64,000 nt of DNA from a virus: positions 64,001-128,000 of IMG/VR virus record IMGVR_UViG_3300044695_004134, one strand, 5' to 3'. Made by a program: the position numbers and the translations under genes. Below the pieces are notes generated by a model, which saw nothing but the letters and a program-made list of their open reading frames with translations, had not been told where the DNA came from and searched no databases. Below, in pieces: positions 34,910-45,217 of this stretch (the first letter of the stretch is position 1; each line of letters opens with the position of its first letter).

Positions 34910-35896
34910 TTAATTTGCCCAAACGTCACCCCAGTTTCCTGTTGTGGCGCCTTTGGCATAGTCTGTTGCACGATTTTCAAAGAAATTTGTATGTGTAGGC
35001 GCATTAATCATTTCTTCAACCCATGGTAGCGGGTTCTTCTTGACTTTCATAATACCTTTCAGACCTAAAGAGATAAGGCGGCGATCCGTGATGTAACGAA
35101 TGTATTTCTTAACATCTTCTGAATTCAAACCTTCCATAGCACCCATAGAGAATGCTAAGTCAATAAATTTATCTTCAAGCTGAACCATACGTTCAGCAAT
35201 TGTGTAAATCTTACTCTTTAGTTCATCATTCCAAATTTCTTTATTTTCTTCTATGTAGGTCCTGAATAATTTAATCATTCCTTCGGCGTGCATTGTTTCA
35301 TCAACAATAGACCAAGTAACAATCTGCCCCATACCCTTCATCTTACCGGTGCGTGGGAAATTCAACAACATAATGAATGAGGAGAACAACTGCATACCTT
35401 CAGTGAAAGCGGAGAACACTGCAATATGTTCTGCTGTGGATTCTTTTGTGCTATTACGGGATGATATATCCATTAAATACTCATGCTTGTCTCTCATTTC
35501 TTGGTAGTCCAAGAATTGATTGTATGTTGTTTCCGGAAGACCGAGTGTTTCAATAAGGTGTGAGTATGCGGCAATATGAAGTGCTTCCCGTGCGGCAAAC
35601 CCAGATAACATCATACGAACTTCTGGCTGTGGAAAATATGGAAGATAATTACGCACATAACCACCAGCAACGTCAATGTCACCCTGTGTAAAGAAACGGA
35701 AGATGTGTGTTAGAAATTGCTTTTCTTCATCTGATAATTTATTTTTCCAGTCTTTTACATCCTCCGACATTGGCACTTCTGTGTGAAGCCAATGCGATTG
35801 TTCATGCTTAAGCCATGTATCATAAGCCCAAGGATAATTGAATGGCTTAAAATGATTTCTTTCGTCTGTTAGTTTAGAAGTCATTTTTTTAATCAT
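34910..35896 (-). CDS. nrdB: Ribonucleotide reductase class Ia beta subunit
   Basis: FFTQGD, EALHIAAY, EGMQLFSSF, DETMH, NFFENRATDY. Confidence 0.95.
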   Translation of the reverse strand: MIKKMTSKLTDERNHFKPFNYPWAYDTWLKHEQSHWLHTEVPMSEDVKDWKNKLSDEEKQFLTHIFRFFTQGDIDVAGGYVRNYLPYFPQPEVRMMLSGFAAREALHIAAYSHLIETLGLPETTYNQFLDYQEMRDKHEYLMDISSRNSTKESTAEHIAVFSAFTEGMQLFSSFIMLLNFPRTGKMKGMGQIVTWSIVDETMHAEGMIKLFRTYIEENKEIWNDELKSKIYTIAERMVQLEDKFIDLAFSMGAMEGLNSEDVKKYIRYITDRRLISLGLKGIMKVKKNPLPWVEEMINAPTHTNFFENRATDYAKGATTGNWGDVWAN

Positions 35897-36138
35897 GCTT
35901 CTATCCAATTCTTCAAAATTTCTTTTGTTACTAAACCAGTCATTCTTTTGACTTCAACATTTCCATCAAGGATGACCAATGTTGGAACTGAGCGAATTCC
36001 ATATTCTACTGCTAATTCTGTATGGATGTCAATATCAATAACTTCGATAGGAAGATTTGTATTACATTCTTCCAATTGCATCGCCATTGATTTGCAAGGT
36101 TGGCACCAAGATGCCGTAAATCTTAAAATTCTTTTCAT
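35893..36138 (-). CDS. Thioredoxin
   Basis: WCQPC and RSVPTL. Confidence 0.9.
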   Translation of the reverse strand: MKRILRFTASWCQPCKSMAMQLEECNTNLPIEVIDIDIHTELAVEYGIRSVPTLVILDGNVEVKRMTGLVTKEILKNWIEA

Positions 36139-36575
36139 TTGTCACACCAAGAGGTTTTGGCTTCGCCGTAATATTCACGTGCGAAACCGTTGTTAATTAA
36201 CATCATTCGTAGGCTCTTACCGTCCAATAAAACATCACCGAGTACACGACCACCATATTTGTCCCAAGCCATCAACACAACTTGGCGTTTTTGTGCCGCA
36301 TTGATTTGTGCTTTAGTAAAAGCAGTTGCCGCTTGTCCACGTGCGTCTTCACTTGGGCAAGATGCACGATGGCCTTTCTCAGGTGTATCAACACCAAATA
36401 CACGAATACTCAATTCTTTTTTCAGTGGATCTGGCAACCAGTTAGCCTGGAATGCTATTGTATCACCATCCACAACTCTTGTCAATACCGCATCATAAGT
36501 TACACCTGCTTTTTCTTTTTGTGCAAATGCTGGTACTATACAAAGTGCTAGTATTATTGTTATTATTTTTTTCAT
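36135..36575 (-). CDS. Thermonuclease (SNase-like) with signal peptide
   Basis: VVDGDT, IRVFGVDTPE, DKYGGRVL; hydrophobic N-terminus. Confidence 0.9.
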   Translation of the reverse strand: MKKIITIILALCIVPAFAQKEKAGVTYDAVLTRVVDGDTIAFQANWLPDPLKKELSIRVFGVDTPEKGHRASCPSEDARGQAATAFTKAQINAAQKRQVVLMAWDKYGGRVLGDVLLDGKSLRMMLINNGFAREYYGEAKTSWCDK

Positions 36576-37210
36576 TTTTCTTTTCTTTCGTACATGTAAG
36601 TGTCTGTATCACCAAGAGACCATTTGGCTTCGGTTTCAACAGACCATTTTTTGGTTGATACTTTAAAATCCGGATATTTTAATTCCCTAGGATTACTAGA
36701 GGGTTCAAACACAATCATTCTATTATTTGGCTGACATGCAAATTGTCCATTATCACATTTAATAAAATTATATGATTTATGGTCCTCAATATCTTCAGAG
36801 AAGCCAGTATCTATAGTATTAAAATCTGAATGTGCAGAATCTACAGTGAACATATATTCACCATACATCCAACCACCATTTTTCAATTTAAATTTACATT
36901 TCATGGATTGAAGTTGCGCCTTCTTCAATACCGTGATATCATAACTTAAACAGTCCCATAGTTGTAAATAATCTAATGGCAATGGTTCACCCTCAATAGG
37001 TTTCCAACAGTATGCACTGATCGGCAACTTATCATAAAGTGCGCCATATTCATTTAAATAAGATTCGATCCTAAAGGCTTGACCCCTTAGAGATTTAATA
37101 CTTATCCACCAACAAGGGACAAATTCACCGAATCCTTCTTCAAAATCATAAAGAAATTCTTTACGAATGAAACATTTAACGGCAGGTAAGTTTGCAATTA
37201 TGTGTGACAT
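36572..37210 (-). CDS. Conserved phage hypothetical protein
   Basis: YDKLPISA, LQLWDC, NGQFACQPNNR motifs. Confidence 0.75.
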   Translation of the reverse strand: MSHIIANLPAVKCFIRKEFLYDFEEGFGEFVPCWWISIKSLRGQAFRIESYLNEYGALYDKLPISAYCWKPIEGEPLPLDYLQLWDCLSYDITVLKKAQLQSMKCKFKLKNGGWMYGEYMFTVDSAHSDFNTIDTGFSEDIEDHKSYNFIKCDNGQFACQPNNRMIVFEPSSNPRELKYPDFKVSTKKWSVETEAKWSLGDTDTYMYERKEK

Positions 37211-39022
37211 TTAACCCTCACAGGCGATACAGTCATTACCTTCTGCAATTGCAGTCATATCAATCTCTTTGATTACATCACGTTCAATTCTCTTGGAGAC
37301 TTTATCAGCCTTTGCCAATTTTTCTGAACGGCAGTAATAAAGGGTTTTCACACCTTTTTTCCATGCTAAGAAGTGAATGGCATGGATGTATTTGATGTGG
37401 GAATCTGGACGGAAGAACACGTTTAAAGATTGTGCTTGGTCAATATAAACTTGACGGTCTGCCGCATGTTCAATCACCCAACGTTGGTCAATTTCCATGG
37501 AAGTTTTGAAAACTTCTTTAGTGTTTTCGTCCATCCATGTCAAATGTTGTACAGAACCATCATTAGCAATAATTGAAGACCAAATTTGTTGATACTCATC
37601 TTCACCTTTTGGTGTCAATGCTGAATCATTTGGATCCAAATATTTCATAATGACTTTATCTAGCCAACGGTTCTTATTTAAAAATGCGCCCGATAGAGTG
37701 TCCTGACGGTAAGCATTAGCACGATAAGGCTCAATGCTAGGGCTAGTATTTCCCATAATGATAGACGAAGAAGCATTTGGAGCAATAGCCATAACATGAC
37801 TGAAACGCTTGCCAGTGCCCACGGCATCGGGTGCTTCACCACGTTCAGTGCCGAGTTGAAGATTCGCCTCATCTAGTTTCTCCCTAATATTTTTAAAAAT
37901 CTTATTATTTAAAACTTTTGCCATTACTCCTTCGAACGCAACGTTGTTTTTCTGGAGAAATGCGTGAAAGCCCAAAGCACCAACACCGATGCTCCGCTCA
38001 CGGCTAGCACTGTATCTCGCTCTTGATATGCTATCAGGAGCATTATTAATGAAGAACTGCAAGACGTTATCGAGCATCTCAGCCACGTCCCGAAGAAATA
38101 GTTTGTTATCTTTCCAATCATCATAATACTCCAAGTTCAAAGAAGATAGACAACACACAGCCGTGCGTTCCTCATTCGTAGGAAGAATAATTTCTGAACA
38201 AAGGTTCGATTGGTGAATCTTTAAACCCTTATCTTTCAGGAACTGTGGCATTCCACGATTAGATGTATCAATATAGTGAATGTAAGGTTCACCCGTGTGC
38301 ATACGTAGTTCTAGAATTTGTTGCCAGAGGTGTTTAGCGGATACAACTTCACGCACTTCACCTGAATGTGGATCCACCAGTTTCCAGTCATCATTTGCAG
38401 TTGGATCGACCATACACTTTTCAATGATTTGCATAAAATTATCGGTGATGTTAATTCCATGGTGGAGGTTCAAACAACGGACATTTGGATCACCCGTTGG
38501 CTTACGCATCTCTAAAAAGGGAATAAGGTCAGGATGACTAATATCAAGGTAGGCAGCATAAGAGCCACGGCGAGTGCGTCCTTGACGATACGCAAGACTA
38601 GAGGCATCGTAAATTTTGAGGTGAGGCATAACGCCAGTAGACTTATCATCCGCCGAGCGTATCCCAAAGCCGATGCCAACACCGCCGCCAAACATAGACA
38701 GCCAATTAGTTTCAGAAAGATTATCAACTAGACCCTCCGCAGTATCTTCAACATAGTTGAGAAAACAAGAAATAGGTAACCCACGCTTACTACGACCATA
38801 AGAAAGAATTGGAGTAGAATAACTAAGCCAATGATTAGAGGCGTAAGTATACAAACGCTGAGAATGCTCCGGATTAGAACCGAAAGATGATGATACATAT
38901 GCAAACCTCTGTTGTGGTGATGTTTCATCATCACGCATGTATGATTCTTTTAATCGTTTGATACCCAATTCGTCAAACAGTTTATCTTTTTCCAAATCTA
39001 TTTGGATGCCCATATATTCCAT
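37211..39022 (-). CDS. nrdA: Ribonucleotide reductase class Ia alpha subunit (no ATP cone)
   Basis: PISCF, SNLCSEI, AIAPNASSS, DQAQSLN, KTLYYCR, C-terminal CIACEG. Confidence 0.95.
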   Translation of the reverse strand: MEYMGIQIDLEKDKLFDELGIKRLKESYMRDDETSPQQRFAYVSSSFGSNPEHSQRLYTYASNHWLSYSTPILSYGRSKRGLPISCFLNYVEDTAEGLVDNLSETNWLSMFGGGVGIGFGIRSADDKSTGVMPHLKIYDASSLAYRQGRTRRGSYAAYLDISHPDLIPFLEMRKPTGDPNVRCLNLHHGINITDNFMQIIEKCMVDPTANDDWKLVDPHSGEVREVVSAKHLWQQILELRMHTGEPYIHYIDTSNRGMPQFLKDKGLKIHQSNLCSEIILPTNEERTAVCCLSSLNLEYYDDWKDNKLFLRDVAEMLDNVLQFFINNAPDSISRARYSASRERSIGVGALGFHAFLQKNNVAFEGVMAKVLNNKIFKNIREKLDEANLQLGTERGEAPDAVGTGKRFSHVMAIAPNASSSIIMGNTSPSIEPYRANAYRQDTLSGAFLNKNRWLDKVIMKYLDPNDSALTPKGEDEYQQIWSSIIANDGSVQHLTWMDENTKEVFKTSMEIDQRWVIEHAADRQVYIDQAQSLNVFFRPDSHIKYIHAIHFLAWKKGVKTLYYCRSEKLAKADKVSKRIERDVIKEIDMTAIAEGNDCIACEG

Positions 39023-39026
39023 AGTT

Positions 39027-39386
39027 TTAACCTTTTATAATTTCTTTAATATTCGGTGGTGTCCAGCCTTCGGGCTTCAATACTTTTCCATCTTCACGTT
39101 TAATAACTTTTCCTGTCGAGGAGATTTTACTTAGGTTACTTCTGGCCACCTCATCCCAAACTTCTTGTTGTGGAATTTGTAACGTGTGTTCAAGACCTTC
39201 AATGACCCACTTCAAATCTGCACATGCATCAGCAATTTCAACAATGTCTCTATTAGCAAATGCGACCATCAATTCTTTGAATTCTTCAAGGATTAAATCA
39301 ACGTAGAGATTTGCTTGCGGTCCATAATTATTTTCTTTTTGGTCACATGCATCCATAAAAGTTTTTACATCATTACGGCTGTCCAT
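39027..39386 (-). CDS. MazG/PRA-PH-like NTP pyrophosphohydrolase
   Basis: ILEEFKEL, ADACAD, EVARSNLSK, REDGKVLKP. Confidence 0.85.
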   Translation of the reverse strand: MDSRNDVKTFMDACDQKENNYGPQANLYVDLILEEFKELMVAFANRDIVEIADACADLKWVIEGLEHTLQIPQQEVWDEVARSNLSKISSTGKVIKREDGKVLKPEGWTPPNIKEIIKG

Positions 39387-40041
39387 CGATATACTCCTTA
39401 ATCATTGGGAAAATTGGTTCAATTGCATTTGCACATGCTACTGCAACATCACGGTGTTCTTTTTGTGTTCCGTTACCTGAACGGAGTTGTATGTAGTGTA
39501 CCCAGGAACGGAGAGTTCCGTTCATGTACATTCGGGATTTTGTGTTACCCTCAGGCAATACGGCACGTGCCTGTTCTTTTGCAATACCCTTATCTAAAGC
39601 CCATTTGTAAACATCGCTTGTACGTTTCAACAAATCATTTTGCAAATTTTCCCATTGATATGCAAGCTGGCGCTGTTCATCGGCCATCAAATCCATTTCA
39701 ATAGAATTTTGGCGATTCTTTGTGTCTTGCAATCTTGCTTCACGTAGTTCAAAGCCTAGGTCATCCGCACGTGCGTACCGCTGTGAAAATTCTTGAAATG
39801 CAAAGCTACGGTGACGTAGAATCTGCCTTGCAATGTCACGTGTGGTTTCAATCTCCATGCACACGGAGACCATCTCCAATGGCGACCAATGCTGGTGCTT
39901 AATCAGATAACGCACCAGCTTCTCGGCAGTGTCTGAATTGTTTTGGTTCGATGGATTAGAAACACGTGCGGCAAACGCCACCTGTTCCAAGAGATTCATA
40001 CCATCGGGACTTTGAGAATAATTAATTAATTTCACATTCAT
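39373..40041 (-). CDS. thyX: Flavin-dependent thymidylate synthase
   Basis: HWSPLE, RHRSFAFQEFSQRY, AKEQARAVLP. Confidence 0.95.
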   Translation of the reverse strand: MNVKLINYSQSPDGMNLLEQVAFAARVSNPSNQNNSDTAEKLVRYLIKHQHWSPLEMVSVCMEIETTRDIARQILRHRSFAFQEFSQRYARADDLGFELREARLQDTKNRQNSIEMDLMADEQRQLAYQWENLQNDLLKRTSDVYKWALDKGIAKEQARAVLPEGNTKSRMYMNGTLRSWVHYIQLRSGNGTQKEHRDVAVACANAIEPIFPMIKEYIDGQP

Positions 40042-41060
40042 ACTTTTTTCCATTGAATAAATTCCATCTTTGCTCTCAGATTCACAAAGGTGTTTTTGTT
40101 AATGATATCAACGATTTCATCACTGGTAAAACCAGACAGAATCATATCGTTAATGTCCTTTTCTTGCATCATCTCCGGCCAAATACAAATTGCAAAGTGA
40201 TTTTCAATTGCTTTGTCCATTAATTTGCATATATCTTTGTTTCTAGGTTCATTATCGAAAACTAGAACCAACTTCTCTCTTGGTATATAATTGACCGCAT
40301 TTGCTAAGTTAGCATCAGCAGTAGCAACGGCATTAGGAAGAAAAAGTGAATCTATTGGACCTTCTGTAACGTAAACTTTTTCCTCTTTGTTTACTCTGTC
40401 GAGGCCAAATATTTTTATACTTTCTTCGGCTAATTTAATTGTGATGTAGCGTATCTTCGAATCACGGAGTGAACGACCTTGCACGGCCAATAAAGTACCG
40501 TCAATATCGTAAAATGGGATAATAAGTCTTGGATCATCTTCTTTCAAATCTTTATCGTGGTCTGGAAGTAACTCATCGATAAAGGTTTTGAAGTCATGTG
40601 CATAATATAGTGTATTATATGTATCCTCTGGAATTTTTCGTCCTATGCAATACTTTGCGGCATAGTGATCCATTGGAAGGTCAATAATCTTTGGTAAATT
40701 GATTTCTTTCCGTTTTCTGAACACTGGTGTTTCAAACTTCAATTCCTGCTTTTCAGGCTTTGGATAGTTTTGATTTCCAGTTTCACCGTTCGTATAACGT
40801 TCCATGGAATATTCTTTTACCATGTTTGCATCAAGTAGATTGATGAAGTTGTACATGGTATGACCAACACCGCAATTCTGACACTTATAAAAGTAGTCAT
40901 TCTTTTTGCGGTAAACATAACCACGTGCTTTGTGTAGGTGTTTCTGTGAGTCGCCACAGAACGGGCACCGGAAATTAAACAGGTCTTCTTTTTTCTGAGT
41001 GAACCGGTTTAATTTCGGCGAGAGAAGTTTGAGATATTTTCGGTCAATAAAAACGGACAT
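40038..41060 (-). CDS. DNA primase (T4 gp61-like)
   Basis: CPFCGDS, CQNCG, EGPIDSLF, DNEPRN, KDINDM; promoter TTGCAC-17-TATAAT at 41090-41118. Confidence 0.95.
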   Translation of the reverse strand: MSVFIDRKYLKLLSPKLNRFTQKKEDLFNFRCPFCGDSQKHLHKARGYVYRKKNDYFYKCQNCGVGHTMYNFINLLDANMVKEYSMERYTNGETGNQNYPKPEKQELKFETPVFRKRKEINLPKIIDLPMDHYAAKYCIGRKIPEDTYNTLYYAHDFKTFIDELLPDHDKDLKEDDPRLIIPFYDIDGTLLAVQGRSLRDSKIRYITIKLAEESIKIFGLDRVNKEEKVYVTEGPIDSLFLPNAVATADANLANAVNYIPREKLVLVFDNEPRNKDICKLMDKAIENHFAICIWPEMMQEKDINDMILSGFTSDEIVDIINKNTFVNLRAKMEFIQWKKV

Positions 41061-41138
41061 AACAACGCATCATAATGTAAGGTTCTGTCATTATAGCACA
41101 TTTTTACCTGGAGTGCAAGACCAGTTGTGGTAATTATT

Positions 41139-41441
41139 TCAAAAAAGTGAAAGAAGTTTTTCCGAATGTCCTGCAATCCAGCCACCAACAGCAAGGCCAC
41201 CGGCAATCATCCAAGTCCATTTGTCTTTTAATTTCTTAAGTTCGGAAAGGTCCTTGGCCAAAGCGGCATGTTGTTCACAAGAAGCACTATACATCTTTTC
41301 AAGTTCACCTTTTAGGTCATCACGGGTTTTGTCGAGACAATCGTGCATGTCTTTGACATCCACTTTAAGTACATCAATTTTTTCATTGATGTTTTCTACC
41401 TTGGTCTCAACAATACTAAGCCTTTCTGTTGTAGTTGCCAT
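41139..41441 (-). CDS. Coiled-coil protein with a C-terminal TM segment
   Basis: Heptad pattern followed by WMIAGGLAVGGW. Confidence 0.7.
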   Translation of the reverse strand: MATTTERLSIVETKVENINEKIDVLKVDVKDMHDCLDKTRDDLKGELEKMYSASCEQHAALAKDLSELKKLKDKWTWMIAGGLAVGGWIAGHSEKLLSLF

Positions 41442-41444
41442 GAT

Positions 41445-41645
41445 TTACTTCTTTTCTGGAACCTTGGTACCTTCAAGTTTCTTATGAACTTTGATGGTCT
41501 TGCATTCTTGTTGTGGCTTACCTGCTTTATCTAGAACAGGTTTTCCATCTTTGGTCATTTTATCGATGCAAACTTTTTCGGTTTCAGCACCAAAAGAAAG
41601 TGTTGTTGCCAATGTAAGTGAAAGTAACGCTATGAACTTTTTCAT
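41445..41645 (-). CDS. Small exported protein with two Cys
   Basis: Signal peptide MKKFIALL...SFG. Confidence 0.7.
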   Translation of the reverse strand: MKKFIALLSLTLATTLSFGAETEKVCIDKMTKDGKPVLDKAGKPQQECKTIKVHKKLEGTKVPEKK

Positions 41646-41661
41646 TTTAAACTCCTAAAAA

Positions 41662-41886
41662 TTAATATTTTTTGTGACTTGCAAATTTCTCTGATGCAGT
41701 AAAACCTAAACCTGCCACAACAATATACATCATACTATCGAAAAGTGCCGAATCGACAGTCTTTCCGAAAAACACATTACCAATAAAAGCGGCAGAACAC
41801 ATAATAAAAGCGAGTAAGGTTATAACTCTCTTGGAACTCCAAGATTCATTATGACCATCACTCAACATACTTCTTAAGAAAGTCAT
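41662..41886 (-). CDS. Two-TM holin-like protein
   Basis: SSKRV followed by two hydrophobic helices, in a lysis context. Confidence 0.6.
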   Translation of the reverse strand: MTFLRSMLSDGHNESWSSKRVITLLAFIMCSAAFIGNVFFGKTVDSALFDSMMYIVVAGLGFTASEKFASHKKY

Positions 41887-42398
41887 AGTTCAGGTTGTGG
41901 TGCTGGAGGTGGTGCTAGTTTTCCACCGAAACCCATCATAACACCTGATGTTGCAACTGGCGCAGGTGTCATGTACCCACCATTTGCACCCATAGATGAA
42001 AATGCTGGTTCAACTTTTGAACCCATTGCACCCATTGATGGGAAAGATGAAGATTGTGAAACGGCTGGTGTTTGTGCAACCGTTGCTTTAGCGGCTTGAA
42101 CTTGATTCTCGCTTGCTTGTTTCATCAATGCCATTTTGGCTTCAGTTTCTTCTTTTGAGCCACCAGCTAACATGATACCCGATAGTGTACCAGTTAAGAA
42201 TGTGGCGATAGGCACAATCAACTCAAAAAACTTTTGGTCGATTGGAGAGATTGCATTGAGTGGTTGTGTAACAAATATTAAAGAATAAAGAACAACAAAA
42301 ACAATACCTGTCAATGTTAGAGATAAGCATACACCAATGAAGAACTTCAGTCGAGCCATCAACTGTTCTTCTGTGTACATTAAGTTATTATTTTCCAC
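41883..42398 (-). CDS. Two-TM membrane protein with a low-complexity tail
   Basis: AAGGAG RBS and GTG at 42398; two TM segments. Confidence 0.65.
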   Translation of the reverse strand: MENNNLMYTEEQLMARLKFFIGVCLSLTLTGIVFVVLYSLIFVTQPLNAISPIDQKFFELIVPIATFLTGTLSGIMLAGGSKEETEAKMALMKQASENQVQAAKATVAQTPAVSQSSSFPSMGAMGSKVEPAFSSMGANGGYMTPAPVATSGVMMGFGGKLAPPPAPQPEL

Positions 42399-42690
42399 AA
42401 TTTGCTCCTTGTTGTACTGGTTGGCAACTTGGTGTTGCCGCATTTAATTGTTGTTTTGCCAATATATTTTGTGGTTCTTCTGGAGGACCTAATCTAGGAT
42501 CACGTTGACCTTTGAACACGTGTTCAATGCAAGTTCGTGTTACATCACATGTTGGTTTTTGACAAATCTTTTTATCCCAATTTTCTGGGTCTTGACATGG
42601 ATAACGGAATCTATCACCACCAAAAATAGCTAGTGCAAGTGGTAGTACAACAAGAAGTGCTAACCATTTAAACATTTTCTTGTCGTTCAT
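42388..42690 (-). CDS. Membrane-anchored Cys-rich protein
   Basis: N-terminal TM; RYPCQDP...C...C...C. Confidence 0.7.
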   Translation of the reverse strand: MNDKKMFKWLALLVVLPLALAIFGGDRFRYPCQDPENWDKKICQKPTCDVTRTCIEHVFKGQRDPRLGPPEEPQNILAKQQLNAATPSCQPVQQGANCGK

Positions 42691-42691
42691 A

Positions 42692-43315
42692 TTATGCTCC
42701 TAATACATGTAGAGCATGTTCATAGTGTTTGATGCGGTCTTCTAAACCAATCGTTCCGCCATTGATACGCTTCGTGAGTGTAACGATATCACCTTTGTCT
42801 GCCCATTGATTCAGGTTGTTTGTTTCCCAGAACCAACAGGCCGATTGTGCGGCGCCTTCAAATGTAGCAAGATATTCTGAGGCTTCATCTGGAGATATAT
42901 GTAGTGATGCGGCAAACCAAGTATAGTTCTGTTTACCGGTTAACTGAATGAGTCCACGACCACAGTATTTGTAGCCGTCACCTGATGCTTCGTCTCCGTT
43001 ACCCATACGGCTTGCATAAACACGATTTGCGATAGCTTCTTGCTTATTTGGACGTGAGCAATATTCGTTAGCGATTGCATCATCGGGAAAATACTTAGGA
43101 AAAATCTTACGTAGCGTAGCTGGCTTATAATTTAGATTTTCTTTGAGTGCAGTGAAACCACCAGATTCGTGGGCACACTGTGCAATGAATGCGGCTATAC
43201 GCTGTGGTGTATTGATTTCATAATCTGGCAATAATTGTGCCAAAGCGCCATGCCAATGTTCAACATATGGATTTTTTGGAAGTAGTTGTTTTAATTGTTG
43301 TAATGTTAGTTCCAT
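42692..43315 (-). CDS. Endolysin, glycoside hydrolase family 19
   Basis: FIAQCAHESG, ENLNY, GRGLIQLTGK, INGG. Confidence 0.92.
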   Translation of the reverse strand: MELTLQQLKQLLPKNPYVEHWHGALAQLLPDYEINTPQRIAAFIAQCAHESGGFTALKENLNYKPATLRKIFPKYFPDDAIANEYCSRPNKQEAIANRVYASRMGNGDEASGDGYKYCGRGLIQLTGKQNYTWFAASLHISPDEASEYLATFEGAAQSACWFWETNNLNQWADKGDIVTLTKRINGGTIGLEDRIKHYEHALHVLGA

Positions 43316-43578
43316 TATTTTAATCCTTCAAAAATGTTCTTTTGTATTTGATACCATTCAATCCATGCATCATTTTTCACAGCACATGTATAATATTCAG
43401 TATAATTCGTGGTGATAGTTTTTGAAATGTCACTTAGTTTCGCTTCATCATTAACTTTATTTAATTGTGGACATTTTACTAATAAATGCTGAGGTACTTC
43501 AGGAAACTTTGCAACAACTGGAACTGTGGTGGAACAACCAGTGAGTAGTGCAACAAATAAAATGGTTAGATATTTCAT
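43315..43578 (-). CDS. o-spanin-like lipoprotein
   Basis: Lipobox LTGC; Pro-containing. Confidence 0.75.
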   Translation of the reverse strand: MKYLTILFVALLTGCSTTVPVVAKFPEVPQHLLVKCPQLNKVNDEAKLSDISKTITTNYTEYYTCAVKNDAWIEWYQIQKNIFEGLK

Positions 43579-44027
43579 TTTGGTGCCTCTGCCGCTTTGT
43601 TGTGCATCTGTATAAATTCTTTTGGAATTTCACACTCACCACCAGGTAAAAACTTTGTGTCGTATTTGACTATTTCTTTATCGACATATTTGATAATATC
43701 TTGGCCACGTTCTTTGACAATTTGTGTCTTTGTCACGACCTTTGTTTCTATCTTTACATTTTCTTTCACGGATTCAACTTCAGCCGCTTGAATCTTTGCT
43801 TCAAGTTCTTTAACCTTGGCTAACCACGCTTCCTCATTTGAAATGGCACCGGACATGTATGTACCCAACACTATGAGTATGATTGAACCAATTTGTATGG
43901 GTGTTTTATAAATGTAAATTGCTGGAAGTGGAATGAATCTGAGTAAGTAGGTTACAGCAAGGCCAACAAGACCTATAGCAAGTATGGCATAAAAAAACCA
44001 GAAAGGTAACCACTTAAGTATCCACAT
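43575..44027 (-). CDS. i-spanin-like protein
   Basis: N-terminal TM segments, coiled coil, coupled to the lipoprotein gene. Confidence 0.7.
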   Translation of the reverse strand: MWILKWLPFWFFYAILAIGLVGLAVTYLLRFIPLPAIYIYKTPIQIGSIILIVLGTYMSGAISNEEAWLAKVKELEAKIQAAEVESVKENVKIETKVVTKTQIVKERGQDIIKYVDKEIVKYDTKFLPGGECEIPKEFIQMHNKAAEAPK

Positions 44028-44028
44028 T

Positions 44029-44217
44029 TTACATCTTTGGAGTCTTACGTGTAAATGTTGGTGCCATCACGACACGCCTTTTCTTTTTCAAATTCACACC
44101 AGGTTCTCCACCTTTTTCACCCGTGCCGGCGATGGCGCCCGTGGAGACTACATTGGACGGTCCAGTAGATCCACCAACGGCACCGTCCTCCAACATGAAT
44201 TGCTTGAATGTTTTCAT
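44029..44217 (-). CDS. Small predicted internal head peptide
   Basis: CTS-like N-terminus MKTFKQFMLE. Confidence 0.65.
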   Translation of the reverse strand: MKTFKQFMLEDGAVGGSTGPSNVVSTGAIAGTGEKGGEPGVNLKKKRRVVMAPTFTRKTPKM

Positions 44218-44600
44218 ATCTTTCTTAGTATCTCAGCCACATTCATATCGATAAGTATATCGGAAGAAATTATATCTTTTCCGTTTATACCTTTGATTGA
44301 ATCTGGCATATAATTTAGATAAATTAAAAATGTTTTTAGAACATCATAATCAACTTCATCAATTCTAAAAAACAATATCCTTGTTGCTGGTTCTGCACCA
44401 AATACATTATAAAGCAAAATCAAATGATTTAATATTAAACGTTCTTTAAGAGACTTTGTGATTTTGTAACGCCTGAAAAGTCTTTTTAGATATTTCGTGC
44501 GTTTCAAATCTCCCTCAAATTCACTCATGACATAATGTGGTGAATTATATGCCTTCATGGCATACATCATAAAATTGTCTTCTGTCAAATCATCGATCAT
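44214..44600 (-). CDS. Conserved T4-like phage protein
   Basis: KERLILNHLILLYNVFG motif. Confidence 0.8.
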   Translation of the reverse strand: MIDDLTEDNFMMYAMKAYNSPHYVMSEFEGDLKRTKYLKRLFRRYKITKSLKERLILNHLILLYNVFGAEPATRILFFRIDEVDYDVLKTFLIYLNYMPDSIKGINGKDIISSDILIDMNVAEILRKI

Positions 44601-44633
44601 AATGATAAATGGGTGACTTACGCCACCCAAATA

Positions 44634-45182
44634 TTAAATAATAACTGCGCCGTTGCCAGTCATACTGCCTGCCGCAACCAATGTTTCATATTGTGTGCGA
44701 TTAGCACGACCACCCATTGTTACTGTGAATGCGGCATTTCCGGAAACAGGAACTGCTGTAGGTGTAGTCAGGTATAGACCACCAGTGTTAATAGTGATAG
44801 ATAGTACTGCACCATTCTGTGCAACAGCGACTGTTGCATTAGCGGCTGTGTTACCTGTACCACCATCAGAGAATGTTACGAAACTGTTTGTTCCAAAAGC
44901 GCCTGCGTTTGCACTGATAGAAAGAACAGGACCCATACCAGCGGTTCTTTGAACCCAACCAGCATGTGCCATTTTCGTTGCGGCAGGTGTTACTTGTGTG
45001 TTTGATGCTTCTTCAGTATCGACACCATAAACACCGACTGCCACAGAAAATGCTTGTGCTACGTTAGCATTAGCAAAAATTACGTTAGCATTTGCACGTG
45101 TTGGTGCTAAGTTTAAAGCGGTGCCTGCATAAATTGGTACGCCGGTGTTTGCATCGGTCATTGTCCAGAAAGCTGTTGACAT
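44634..45182 (-). CDS. Probable virion structural protein
   Basis: A/G/T/N/V-rich; HAGWV and ETLVA motifs; late-promoter-like AATAAATA at 45215-22. Confidence 0.65.
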   Translation of the reverse strand: MSTAFWTMTDANTGVPIYAGTALNLAPTRANANVIFANANVAQAFSVAVGVYGVDTEEASNTQVTPAATKMAHAGWVQRTAGMGPVLSISANAGAFGTNSFVTFSDGGTGNTAANATVAVAQNGAVLSITINTGGLYLTTPTAVPVSGNAAFTVTMGGRANRTQYETLVAAGSMTGNGAVII

Positions 45183-45217
45183 TTTTAATTTCTCCTTGAA
45201 AGAATTCTATTTACTAT

